Shown in pieces: positions 28,051 to 38,773 of a stretch of DNA of 53,587 nt. Position numbers and translations under genes: made by a program. Source of the stretch: Bigelowiella natans CCMP2755 (Eukaryota > Protista > Cercozoa). Under the pieces are notes generated by a model. The model was not told the DNA's origin, searched no databases, and worked only from the letters and a program-made list of their open reading frames with translations. Positions within the stretch are counted from its first letter, which is position 1. The number at the start of each line of letters is the position of its first letter. The stretch spans positions 1 to 53,587 of the forward strand of contig ADNK01001747.1 in assembly GCA_000320545.1 (NCBI GenBank), read 5' to 3'.

Positions 28051-28274
28051 TGTCTTGCAGTACCTGTACATGAGAGGTTAGTCCCTCCGCGTATGCAGCA
28101 TGATTCTTCCGAGAAAGCATCTGTTGGTTCAGCGCCTTGTGGAACATAGCACAACACCGATCAGTCTTTAGTACTCTTCCAGCTACACAGCGATACGTCT
28201 ACCTCGGTCACCATCTGCAGCATACGAAGATGCATTAAAATCAGTCCCTTGTCCGAGTGAAGGCTGGTCTCCAT
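17900..28274 (-). CDS. Large multi-exon hypothetical protein (possibly more than one gene); lower boundary approximate
   Basis: Consecutive phase-compatible exons: METSLHSDKGLILMHLRMLQMVTE|ALNQQMLSRKNHAAYAEGLTSHVQ|NLLWFASLSISELQTGKGNIIDYIRRRHASAAHLSESGVAG|ADESVYYHEGK..STVK|VSYGSKANTFYKRSADFKANDRK|VKRFCMFCRILVLVNW... Further coding-like blocks lie between microsatellite introns near 24.5-25.1, 23.0-23.7, 21.8-22.0, 21.0 and 18.8-19.3 kb. No family recognised. Confidence 0.55.
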
Positions 28275-28812
28275 CGTTCCCCTGCCTCTGCTGCAGCTCC
28301 GCGGTCCGTTGTTCGTGTGGGTTCGGGAAGGAAGGAATCTGGAAAGGGGAGGGGAGCAACGAAGTGAATATTTCAAGAAGAAATATGAACATGGCATTAT
28401 TCTCCTTTGCGACATGTTTTTCTATTGTCGCAGTATATAAATCTCCTTTTACACATCCAACAAAGATTCGTTTCTTAATTTTTGTCGTCGTAGCGTCTCA
28501 AGTGAGACTTTTTCCGGAAACGACTGGAAGACCCGGATGTCGTTTGCATGATATTGCCAAAAAAATCGCAGGCGAATGCTATTTACCATCAGCGAAAGGC
28601 GTTTTGGTTTGACGCAGGATGAGAAACCTGCCGTTTTTGACCCGACGCCAGACCAGAAGCGACAATTTGTGTCTGGCATATATTCAGGCAAAATCCGCAA
28701 GCATGTTCTTGGGTGAAGGGGAAGGTCTTTTCTGGCAGCTTCGGCGCAGCACAAATTCAGCACTTTTTACAGAAAATCGCCTGGGTTTTAGGCAAAAGCT
28801 GTGATGTAAAAA

Positions 28813-30830
28813 ATGAATGACACGCTGCGAAGCACCGAGCGGCGCGAAGCAGGTGAGTGTAGCAGCGGCGGTGCCATTGTTTGACGACACTGAACGCTGA
28901 GAGCGCTATCTTCAGGCGGCCTGGAAAACATTCAAACGTGGTTAACGTTTGAATCTACTTCGGATGATGGAACGATCCGGTTGAGTACCTCCAAATCATT
29001 CATGTTTCATGATGACCCAATGTGCAATGCGCGAGGGGTTTTTTCGTGACGAGAAAAAAATATTGAATCTCTCTGAGGATGATCTTGCGCCAGGGAGGAA
29101 AGATGCTTCGCAATCTTATCAGGAGCGTTTCTAATTTTATATAAGGATGAACTATGTCAGTCAAGTCAAGCAATTGCACAGGTTCCCAGAATCATTGTTC
29201 GAACATGGCATGAAACTTCATTATCTCATTATCTTGCTTGCTAGTTCTCCCTTGCTCGGGTTTCAGAAATATTTGACGTAAACTCGGTTGATACCCCGAG
29301 AGGGCCGAATAAGAATGCTGCCAGCCTTTGCTTCAACTATTTGAACAAAAAGCTGAGATTGAGATTAGAGTCAAAATCAATTAGAGACCTTTGGAGGGCT
29401 GAAATGGATGAAAGGGCACAAATCGCGAAAGTATGTCAAGGCCCTTGACTCCTTGACCAATTAAAAACCGATGTATTAAATTAGGCGGGAAAACAATTAC
29501 ATTCAGGAGCTGTTACGGAATTTTGGCGTCCAGGAACGCCATCGAAGACAGTATGTCCCCCACAAAACCTCATCTCAGAACGATCAATTTATCGTAGAAT
29601 GATTTACGAAATTGTTTGAAGGAGGAGGACGAAAGAAATGGAAATTCCCCAGACGACCTAAAATGGGCTATGGAACAATTAAGTCAACAGGTTTTTACAT
29701 ATGCTGTAAACACATGGTTCTGCATGAAGTTACTCAACTCTGATTTGATTGATACTGTTTTAAAGGAACAGAAACTTGTATCTAAAATATTTCAGGAGCT
29801 TGATGAAAAAAAGGTCATTTTCCCACCACCTTTGAATTCCATCCTTGATGTATCACTGGTTAGACGCAACGAGTAGCAATAGATGATGTACGTGGATTTT
29901 CCTGGGACTTTTTATTTGAGGTAAAATCGATTATGTTGCCTATTTATTGGGATGTATCAAGCTTTACATTAATGGGAATAATCGATCTTATTGCAGCTCG
30001 ACCAATTGGATAACGATGGCACTGAAGACTTTTCATTTGGAGATCTTCTTATCACTGTTGCAAGGGTTCATATAAGCTAATGACCACAAAGACTTGAATG
30101 GAATACACACCGTTGCAATACGTAGGTAGCCAACTTTCTAAAAGTTGCAGGAGGAGCGCGGGATGAGCTACAACCGATGCTCACCTTGATGCTAAGACAG
30201 GTACGTTCCCAAATATAGTTTTGAAACTAACTATGTACCACCTTTTGCTTTCTACATCTTTATGGTACACACACAGGTAACGGGTGAGCTGACAGAGGAG
30301 GAACTCCATGTATACACTTCTTCCCGTGTGTCATAAGCCCCGTTGTAAATGAGTAAATATGATGTCAGGCTCGGCTAGACGAGTTGGATTCCTCGTCAGA
30401 TGAGGAAGGTATCACTACTCTCTCCGAAATGCATAAGTTTTATAATTGCAGTGTACCCGGAAATATATCTTGGGTTGAGAGACACAATAAAGACAGGCTT
30501 TGACAACCTAGTTATTGTTATCAGGCATACAAGAAGAGGGTACTCGGCGAACAAAGCGTTCATCGTCCAGACTCCGAAATCTGCCAAGGACACCCTCATT
30601 AGAAGTAATCCTTTGTGTTAGCATCACAAGTTATGATGCTACAAATATAATTGTGCTCAATTGACAGGCCGGCCTTGTCCGTGTAATGTCGCACAAAATG
30701 TCCGAAAAGAAGAAAACTCTTCACAAGGTACCTCCCTACATCTAGCATATAAATAGCTCGAATAGCTCTGACGTGCCAGGCAGAAACTTTGCTCTGAGCA
30801 CAGCCAGATATCAAACATGGTCCAGAATCC
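28813..30830 (+). CDS. Multi-exon coding region with two degenerate EF-hand-like loops; both ends uncertain; may continue into the GTPase-like exons downstream
   Basis: Short GT-AG introns separate exons ..KWAMEQLSQQ|EQKLVSKIFQELDEKK|TQRVAIDDVRGFSWDFLFE|LDQLDNDGTEDFSFGDLLITVAR|VANFLKVAGGARDELQPMLTLMLRQ|VTGELTEEELH. Loops DEKKTQRVAIDD and DNDGTEDFSFGD fit 12-residue EF-hand spacing but lack Gly6. Confidence 0.6.
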
Positions 30831-32321
30831 TAGGTCGGGGGCTCACTCATTCCAAGACAAAACACTATATATTTAGCGCTCCAGTAGTGTTCCGAGGAAT
30901 TCCGATGTATCGGATGATGTCAAGCCATTCCGCAATGCTTGGGGTCAGCCAATTATTGGAAACGAGTCCATGGGCAGCCTTGTGAGACCGAGCTTGGATT
31001 CCTCTTATTCTAAAGAATTCAAAAGGCCTCTGATTCCTACGAGTATAACCTTATTGCTCTTCATTACACAACCAAGTTGTTTATAAAATTTCAACGCAGA
31101 TCGGTCCGTAAGCCCTGATGGAAGGTCTGTTAGCAAGCTTACTACTGGCCTCACAATTTCCACAGGATCTTGTAATTCCTTTGCTTTTATTTCATACTTC
31201 GCTAGATATTGAGCATATCTGATTGATAGATCATAGCGTTGGAACGATCGTTACATCACCATCGTATTCCGTTACCTCGCCTCCTTATGCAAAGACTCCG
31301 ATGTCTACACCGGTTGAGAATAATACAACATGACTCAGTTTTCTCTGACAAGGCAACTCACCTTAATCAAAGCTCAAACGTACGTGTCGCCATTTTTCCA
31401 GATCTCTCAGCCATCTCTTCGCCGCCCTCCTCAGAATATATCAAAGGTTTCCAACTAGAGTACTATCTGGGGTCAAAGATGATTTTTACAAACGTGCAAA
31501 TAGAGTATGGATATCTCATCCACGCGATTGAATCTAGCCTCCAAATTTGAGTCTGTAGGACCAACAGGTTGTGTCTCCTCAACTATACATATTGATAAGA
31601 CAGTGTTTATTTCTCATTTTGTTTTTTGAAGCAGAACGGGAAAACCACCAAAAGACAGGAGTAGGAGCCCGTGGGTACTTTCGGCATGCATGGAATGATT
31701 TATATGATTCCACGTTCCCTCTTCAGTATGTTCAGTATTTTGTTTCGTTATGCATTATTTTGGGAAATTATATGATTCAGGCATAGGCAAACTAGCTCCT
31801 TGACCACAACCAAAACCAATGTGACAAATAAATCGAAAGGTTAAAAAAAAATTAAACTTTCATATATAAATATTGGAACAATTTAGAATTTCAAGGGAAA
31901 GAGGGAGAGAGAGAGAGAGAGAAAAAGAGAGAGAGAGCTAAAGCGTCTTACATCTTCTAAACTATTATTCTTGTTCTTGTTTGAGGAAAATGTATTCTTC
32001 AGACAGATAGAAAAATCGTTTTACTTAAAAACTGTATTCTTCATAATAGATAGAACCTTTTTCTTCAAAAAGCAAACAACACAACCCATCGAATATCATT
32101 ATCTTACATGCATGCATTACGCATGAATCAACCTCTCCCGAATCCGCTCCATAGGATCCGAGGTTCGGCATGCGCTGGACTACCGCACGTATGTTCAAAT
32201 CCATTCTAGTTAGAGAGGGAAAACGAGTTTTTCCCTTTTTTTTTCTTTGGTACAACAACCATACTATTTATTAACTGTAAAAAACTCAACTACCCGGAAT
32301 CTACTAAGATATACTGTACAG

Positions 32322-33075
32322 GAAAAGGAGAAAGGAAAAGTTAGTTTTGCCGAAGGTTGAAAAACTGAAGGTCATTTATTGTCAATCCAGATGTATAATT
32401 GACTGTTATGAGACTGGTTCCTCTGAAACAAATAGATCGCGCTGATTGGTGATATCTCAACGCGAAAAGAAAGATTAATAGAATCTATGGTATCCGTCCA
32501 ACAGATTATTTGTTGATCTTTTTCCTTCTAGTAACAGGCCTTCTTATAACTTCTAGATTGGTGAAAACAGTAGCAGAAGCTCCACCCCATCGTTTTCTGC
32601 GATAAAATCAGGCTCTCCCAGTAGAATTGAAGGCAGTGGTCGTAAGAGTCATATTCAAGATATTGAGAAAAATGTACCATAATCAATTATGATTCTAGTA
32701 GGTGAAGCATCTGATAAAGTAGTTAAGAATACAACTCATAGTGTAGCAGTTGGTTGTGCGCTTGAAGGTATCACAATATTTCAACTACAAAAATGGTTAA
32801 ATCATACTAATACGTCGCTTCAGGAAAGTACAAAAGGAGCAAAGATATCCGTCGAAGAAGGCACAAGAGGGATGCAAGCGTTGGAAGCATCCTCGTATAC
32901 CAAACCTTTAACTCAGTTTTGCAAAGAATTCTCTTTCATCATTAGATTCTTTATTACAGGGAATGCGAATGGCACAATCTGAAGTTCAACTTATCGATGG
33001 GAAACGTAATACATAATAAATTTAAACAATATATTAATACACACACACACACACGCACATCATCATATTTTAAAC

Positions 33076-33112
<37 letters not shown>

Positions 33113-33954
33113 CACGAAATAAAGGGGGATATGAGTATAAAAATCAAACCTTTTCCACAAATATTTCAATACGATTATTGCATTAAATATAGGTGTGGAC
33201 TTGAGTATATTCAGTCTTACAGGAGGGGGTCAACATAGAGATATCGTCCAAGTGGTTGTAATGGTTGTATTTTTGTCTAGTCTGATATCTTGCAACAAAC
33301 ATCATCTATCTATTTTGTTAACTACTTCAAAGGACGCATCGGTTCTTGGTTTCGTTTTCTCGTGTCTAGATTCCGAATCTTTAAGTCACATAAGAGACTG
33401 GTAAATAACTAACTTCCTTATTCTGCGCATGACAGGAGAATTACTCAATTGAACCTTTCTTGCAGGTACATGCGTGTTCATAACTATCGGTCTTCAAATT
33501 CTGTAATATTATATGTGTTTGATGTCTACTATCACTATAAATATAAATGTCTCTGATATTAACCCCAAAGACCGCCGTGATGATAGGCACAGATTACTCA
33601 TCAGCTCGAGAAAATTGCACAGAAAAAGAGTGGCAAAATATTCAGGATAAAGCAAGAAAGTTTTCCAAAAAGGCAAAGGTCTACTTCCTATTTTCGTTGT
33701 GGATATTTGTGCACACATACACAGAATCTTGTGAACATTAAACGCAGGCCAAAGCTCTCATTTTTTGCGATAGCGATAGCGGAATTAATACGACAATACT
33801 ACTTCACGTTCTTCTGCACCAGCCTCTAAAGCTACCCAAACCGAGTACCAAGAATCAAGATGCATTTCAATATGAACACGACAGTCGTGTTCCAGAAGGC
33901 AAATCTGCCAATCTTTCGAAGCTTCATGCTGCACCAGAAGTGGAATGGTTCTGA
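32322..33954 (+). CDS. Spg1/Tem1-like small GTPase domain with degenerate G-boxes (3' part of a multi-exon gene)
   Basis: Spliced: KVEKLK|IALIGDISTRKERLIESM|(insert)..SIL|GMRMAQSEVQLIDGKR|VDLSIFSLTGGGQHRDIVQVVVM|DASVLGFVFSCLDSESLSHIRDW|YMRVHNYRSSNS|TAVMIGTDYSSARENCTEKEWQNIQDKARKFSKKAK|AKALIFCDSDSGINTTILLHVLL..EWF* (TGA 33952-33954). Colinear with Spg1 as recalled: KIGMIGD..GKT / LGVNF / FSIWDLGGQ / DAVAILFMFD / IKEWY / ILIGTKYD / QARRYAKAMKASLVFCSTSHSIN. Confidence 0.75.
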
Positions 33955-34514
33955 TCATCTTTTTGCTACCGCTACCTGTTCTTTGGTGCTCATGAAAACA
34001 CTGAACTGCTGCCACATGTAGCCATTCTAGCATGTCTAGATGTCAATGGGTGTCCAAATTAGCGATGCACTCCATCAGCATGCCCATCAAAAAACCAGAA
34101 CTGCGCAGCAGCTCGCCGGCAACAAAATTGCGCATTCTGGTGTTCGCTGCGTCGTCATGCAAATTTGGGCAGCATGATTTTCATCGATTAGCACTGGAGC
34201 AGAGTGTCGCGCTGTGTGCAAAGCTGGCACGTTCCATCTAGTCTAGCAGTCCATCCAAGCCATTCCAGCATTCTGGCACGTTCCAGCATTTCCAGATTCA
34301 GATTTCCAAACTTGCACAGTCTAGTGGTCTAGCAGTGGAGCAATGGTGTAGCAGTGGTCTAGCAGTTCAGCAGTCACATGCAAGATCGATCTGACCTAGC
34401 GCTAGAAAGTCGAAAAATGAGGAAAATCGTCAAATTTCTGCAAAGGTTGGACATGAAAAATGACAGACATCACACACGACCTGAGCGATGTGGGGAGGAA
34501 AAAATGCCCTCATC

Positions 34515-34753
34515 CATCCAACCTGGGACTGTGCGACAACAGCATCCTCTTGTCGCATGCCCATTTCGAAGGAGAGGAGCAAAAAAATGTCTTCCTTGAT
34601 GCATTCATCCAACACGGGACTATGCGACAAGTACAACCTCTTGTCGCATGTCCATTTCGAAGGAGAGGAGCAAAGAATATCTTCCTTGATGCATTCATCC
34701 AACATGGGACTATGCGACAAGTACAACTTCTTGTCGCATGTCCATTTCGAAGG
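34515..34753. repeat. Tandem array of ~2.6 units of 90-91 bp, each with an internal inverted repeat
   Basis: Units start at 34515, 34606 and 34696 (catccaac..gggact(a/g)tgcgacaa..cttgtcgcatg(c/t)ccatttcgaagg..). Confidence 0.92.
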
Positions 34754-34930
34754 CGGACAAGACAAGAATGAGGCGGCAACAAACACTAATTGACTCCATT
34801 GACCCATTAAATTAGCCATTGAAAACACTTCATTCATTGATTAGAATCACTTCATTCACACCTCGAGCACACCTCCTCGTACATTGACTGGAAGACACAC
34901 GCCTGGTCCTGGTCCTTTAGAATCCGCTCG

Positions 34931-36423
34931 ATGCATGTGGCTCGGAGACGCAAGGTGCCTTCGACAGGGAAGACGAAGAAGGGTAATGTGAAAGCCCCGA
35001 ACTCCCGAAGCTACAATGTTTTGCCTGTTTTTGGATTCTTAAAGAAGCATTCTATGTCTATCACTCTGGCTTTTGGAATTCTTGCGATCATAGTGACCGT
35101 CCAGGTTGAATTTCGATGGAGTCTCGCCTTCAGAACAGATGCGGTTTCTAGCATCCCTGCAATACTTGCGCGGATTGTTTTCGGATTTCCAACGAGCGTT
35201 GTGCTGCAAAAAGAGATACCAACGAAGAAGGCCAACCAGCTCAAGAACTTCGCTGGGTTCCTGCAGCATAATTCGTCAGCTGGTAGCGAATTCAACACCT
35301 GTGACAGACTTGTCTCTGATCCAGAGACAATCTTCTCAGCTACCCAAACACAAGGAATGCAGGTTGGTTCGGAGGAGTGGGTCGAATGGGTCCAGTCTGC
35401 GGGCACCTCCAGCGCAAACTTCAGAGTTCAAGTTGTACCTGAAAGCCAAACAGAGCAGGAGTTTCCAGTTTATCACTCTCCCACTCCCTGCGGAATCCAT
35501 AGCGTACAATCGGTGTATGTGAATCCTTTCGGAGTGGTCGCCGAACAGACCAAAGGAAACGCGGGAGTTGGCAGTGCTTTGGTCGTGGAGATGGAGACGG
35601 AGGAGAACCTCGGGCACACCCTTCGAGCAGGGGTTGCGATATGCTCCTTTTTGTGGAAACGACAGATTGAAAAGGCAAATTTGCCTCGCCCAATCCACTT
35701 TGTGGTCTTTTGGAATAAAGAAGATGAGCTAGATCTCGATCCGTATATCAAGAAAATGAAGCTGGAGATGATGAGCGCATTCGGCGAAGTTCTCTTTTAC
35801 AGCCACGAGGAGGCGGCGGCGGAGCAGCAGCCAAGGAAAACTTATTTCCAAAAGGTCTACGCCGCACCTTGGAACGAGATGCCAAGTCGCTTCCATGACT
35901 ACGCCCTAGCAAATGGACCAATTCAGCTCCTGGTCGGCGAGACATCTCTCCGACTTGCTATGTCGAAGATAGTTGTGAATCGCAAGCCCCTGCGCATGTA
36001 CCAGGGATTTGCTGAGGCCATCCGCAGTGGACTAGGCATCACAACGAGGAAGCGACATGAAGGAGGGGTGGTGATTGTTCAGAGAGGAATGTACCCAAAC
36101 CCTGACCAGTCGCCCGAGTCCTATCGTCGTCATCTCGAGGTCGAACGTGGTAAGCGTCGACTCCTTGTGGATGTTAAGACTGGGCTAGAGAAGACACTTA
36201 TGCAACGACTTTGTCAGACAGGACTTAAGATAAAGGTGTTGGATTTTCATCCGAAAGCGAGGAAAAAGTATTCTTTCAGAGAGCAGCTGAAAATTATAGC
36301 CGGTCGGGAGCAGAAAAACTATGATCGATGTTGACTATGGTGGTGGTAGTAGTGGTGGAGGTGATAGAGGTGGCGATGGTAATGATAACATAAACCTTTC
36401 TTCTGTCGGTAAATGACGATACT

Positions 36424-36457
<34 letters not shown>

Positions 36458-37189
36458 GTGGATTCATGGGTAACGGTGTTGCATATTCATTAATGAGATC
36501 AATATATCTCTCCCTTACATTACTGCTGTGGTCGTTCCTTCAGGAACTGCGGTCCTCGCGGCATCCCATGGCTCTGGTTTGTGGAATGCACTCTGGATGA
36601 GACCAGGATCAGTAGCAATCGAGGTAAAAAGATTATGACGACGATTTAATGTGTAATGATACGGTAAAAAGATTATGACGACGATTTAATGTGTAATGAT
36701 ACATGTGGTGGTGATGTCAAAATAGTTAGTAATTCGATTTGTCGTGGGAACCGTCGTTGTCTTTGTACTCTCACTGTATTCGGTTTCTGTCTTCGTGGAC
36801 ATCATTGCTTCATTAACCTAATTTTAAAGGGGAAAACAATTTGAGTCCTCCTCGACCAACACTATGGCTGATAACAACGCAAACCGTAGGTGACTCTCCG
36901 AGCTGGATACTGCTGTCTGCCCATACCCAAGGAGAATTATATGAATCCCCATTCACCCTGCACGCGATCGTGTGCCGCGTACAGGATGGTGAACATCGCG
37001 GACGGCATTCTAGCGTCCGGTGTTAAATGGTTCTACTTCGACCCCATCATTATCGATCAGCCAACAGGAGACAGTAACCGTGACACGAGGCGTGTGCATG
37101 TAGACTCTGACCTGTTTGTGAAAGTAATTCAAGGCGCCTACGTGGTGGCGACGGGCACTAACATTGCAGCAGCAGATCTCAACATATAA
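34931..37189 (+). CDS. Glycosyltransferase family 61 (DUF563)-like type II membrane protein; exons 34931-36302, 36544-36623, 36890-37189
   Basis: N-terminal TM (ITLAFGILAIIVTVQV), then VVIVQR..RRLL..VLDF..SFREQLKIIA|GTAVLAASHGSGLWNALWMRPGSVAIE|V. This matches the GT61 signature EQ..HGAGL.N.L.M.PG..VIE; splice phases are consistent. Confidence 0.85.
36623..36702. repeat. Perfect 40-bp tandem duplication spanning a splice donor
   Basis: ggtaaaaagattatgacgacgatttaatgtgtaatgatac at 36623 and 36663. Confidence 0.95.
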
Positions 37190-37399
37190 GCTGGAAGCAG
37201 GCAAAGCAGCAGCATCATGGAAGCAACAAAAATGGGTACGTGTTCTGCGGGAAAGGTCTGTACTAAAATGTTGTGACCAGATCTGCATTGTATCTCACGA
37301 TGGAACCCACGGCGTTAGAACTCATTTACCCGATGCCCATTGTCCAGGTAACTTTCTAGTGACAACACTAATAGATGTGCGGGCTTTCACTTTCGTCAG

Positions 37400-38700
37400 G
37401 GTTGAACATGCACATATGTTTGTAGCACACAAACATCAAATCTGTTTGGTGTCACATGCAACCCCATGCCGCACTCTAGTTCTAGCTATGCTAGTGTGTT
37501 TAGCTAGCGCAGGCCGCCGCTCTAGCGTTGTTGAGCCAAAAAATCGACTTTTTCCTTTGAATTTTGTCGTTTTCCTTGAATGCCTTGCAACGCATTCAGT
37601 GTGTAGCAGCATCGTGCAAAAGGAACACACATGTCCGCCTCATTGAGTCGTCCTGCTTGACAATTTTGCTGCTGTTCGCCACTCCAATTGATGGTTTCAG
37701 TTGCAATCCACTCACATTTCAACGGCACCAACAAACAGCATCCATGGCAACTTCATCCCTTGCTAGCTTGTTCCGGCTCCGGCGCTTCAGATGGGTAGCC
37801 ATGGCAACTTCATCCCTTCATGCGGCTTTTTTGGAGCCTCTGATGGGTTGTTAGCTGGTTTTCATGTCTCACCACCAACAGGGTGCTGACAAGTCCTTGC
37901 AACGAGTGTTGTTGAGGCCATGCTGCATGCAAACGCCTGTCTCCCATGTGGTTCTGGTGCATGTAGATTTGATCAACGCTTTGTTCATTGTTCATTGTTC
38001 ATTGCGTCGTGAATTCAGCCAGGACCCCACGCGCAACATTGCTGGATTGACGATTCAGCGATGGATCAGGGCCTTCATCATGGAGCCAGAGAGCCTGCTA
38101 GCCTGGCTAGCTGAAGCGCTGGAGCGCGACGATCACGCTGCTGGTCTTGCTAGCTGGCACTCCAGCACAACATTCCAGCTAGCTGGCCAGGCTTGCTAGC
38201 TTGTTCGCCAGCAGTTCTGTCGTGCGCCCTGTTCCAGAACTGCACAATTGAATGACTGAACGAATGAGATGATTTTGCGGATCATTGGACACATTGAACA
38301 TTGAACTGGCCATTGATGCACAACAACGTGTACACGCTCGTGCCCTCTACATTGAACATTGTGCCCTCTAGCCCTCCCCAATCAACTCATTCTGGACGAC
38401 AGTGGACAGGCAGAACAGCAGCGGCCACGAAGTGTTCGAATCTCCAGAGAATCTCGAAAAAATCCTCCAAGTGCATCAGTTACAACGGGGTAATGCAATG
38501 AAAAATGCACGAGTTTTCCTCAAAAACCGCCTGCATTTCTTCAATGGGAAACTGTGGCTGCAGCACGAAAGGTGTGACAAACATGGAAGACTGACGCTAA
38601 TAATCAGGGGAAAGACCAGAATTAAAGCTGTACGATCAGGACGCGTAATCCTTTCAATTTCTTGGGAAAGACTTAGATACTTGGAGTATTTTGAGTAAAA
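37400..38700. mobile_element. Probable decayed repeat/transposon-derived DNA
   Basis: No exon/microsatellite pattern; rich in CTAG/TGCA/CATG; short internal duplications (ccatggcaacttcatccctt twice, ttgttca three times). No transposase motif or termini identified. Confidence 0.35.
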
Positions 38701-38773
38701 TTCCCATTGTTTTACACTTTTTTTCTGACAGTTTCGAGTAAAAAATTGATCATTCTCGTTCGCCACGATCGAA

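Larger units (their letters stand above)
1..28100. repeat. Dense intronic microsatellites ((TA)n, (CA)n, (GA)n, (CAT)n, (TAG)n, (CAG)n, poly-C/G); also dense at 47.7-53.5 kb
   Basis: Directly visible, e.g. near 540-565, 1270-1300, 8400-8430, 10680-10710 and 25715-25765. Confidence 0.97.

Noticed and set aside
460-28149. Many ORF-track proteins with [24 protein letters not shown], poly-P or poly-L runs
   Set aside because: Translations of intronic microsatellites, which lack stop codons by construction.
30850-33000. Minus-strand gene suggested by fragments such as LETFEYILRRAAKRWLRDLEKWRH
   Set aside because: The fragments do not chain in phase; the plus strand has consistent splice sites leading into a recognisable GTPase fold.
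34515-34753. CRISPR-like array (palindromic repeat at regular spacing)
   Set aside because: The intervening sequence is also repeated, so there are no unique spacers; no cas genes; eukaryotic context.
35011-35945. Several antisense and alternative-frame ORFs within the GT61 exon
   Set aside because: Shadow ORFs of a long coding exon with no independent support.
37810-37995. Integrase zinc-finger-like HQNHMG in a minus-strand ORF
   Set aside because: The CxxC half and any DDE/RT motifs are absent; too weak to call a retrotransposon.
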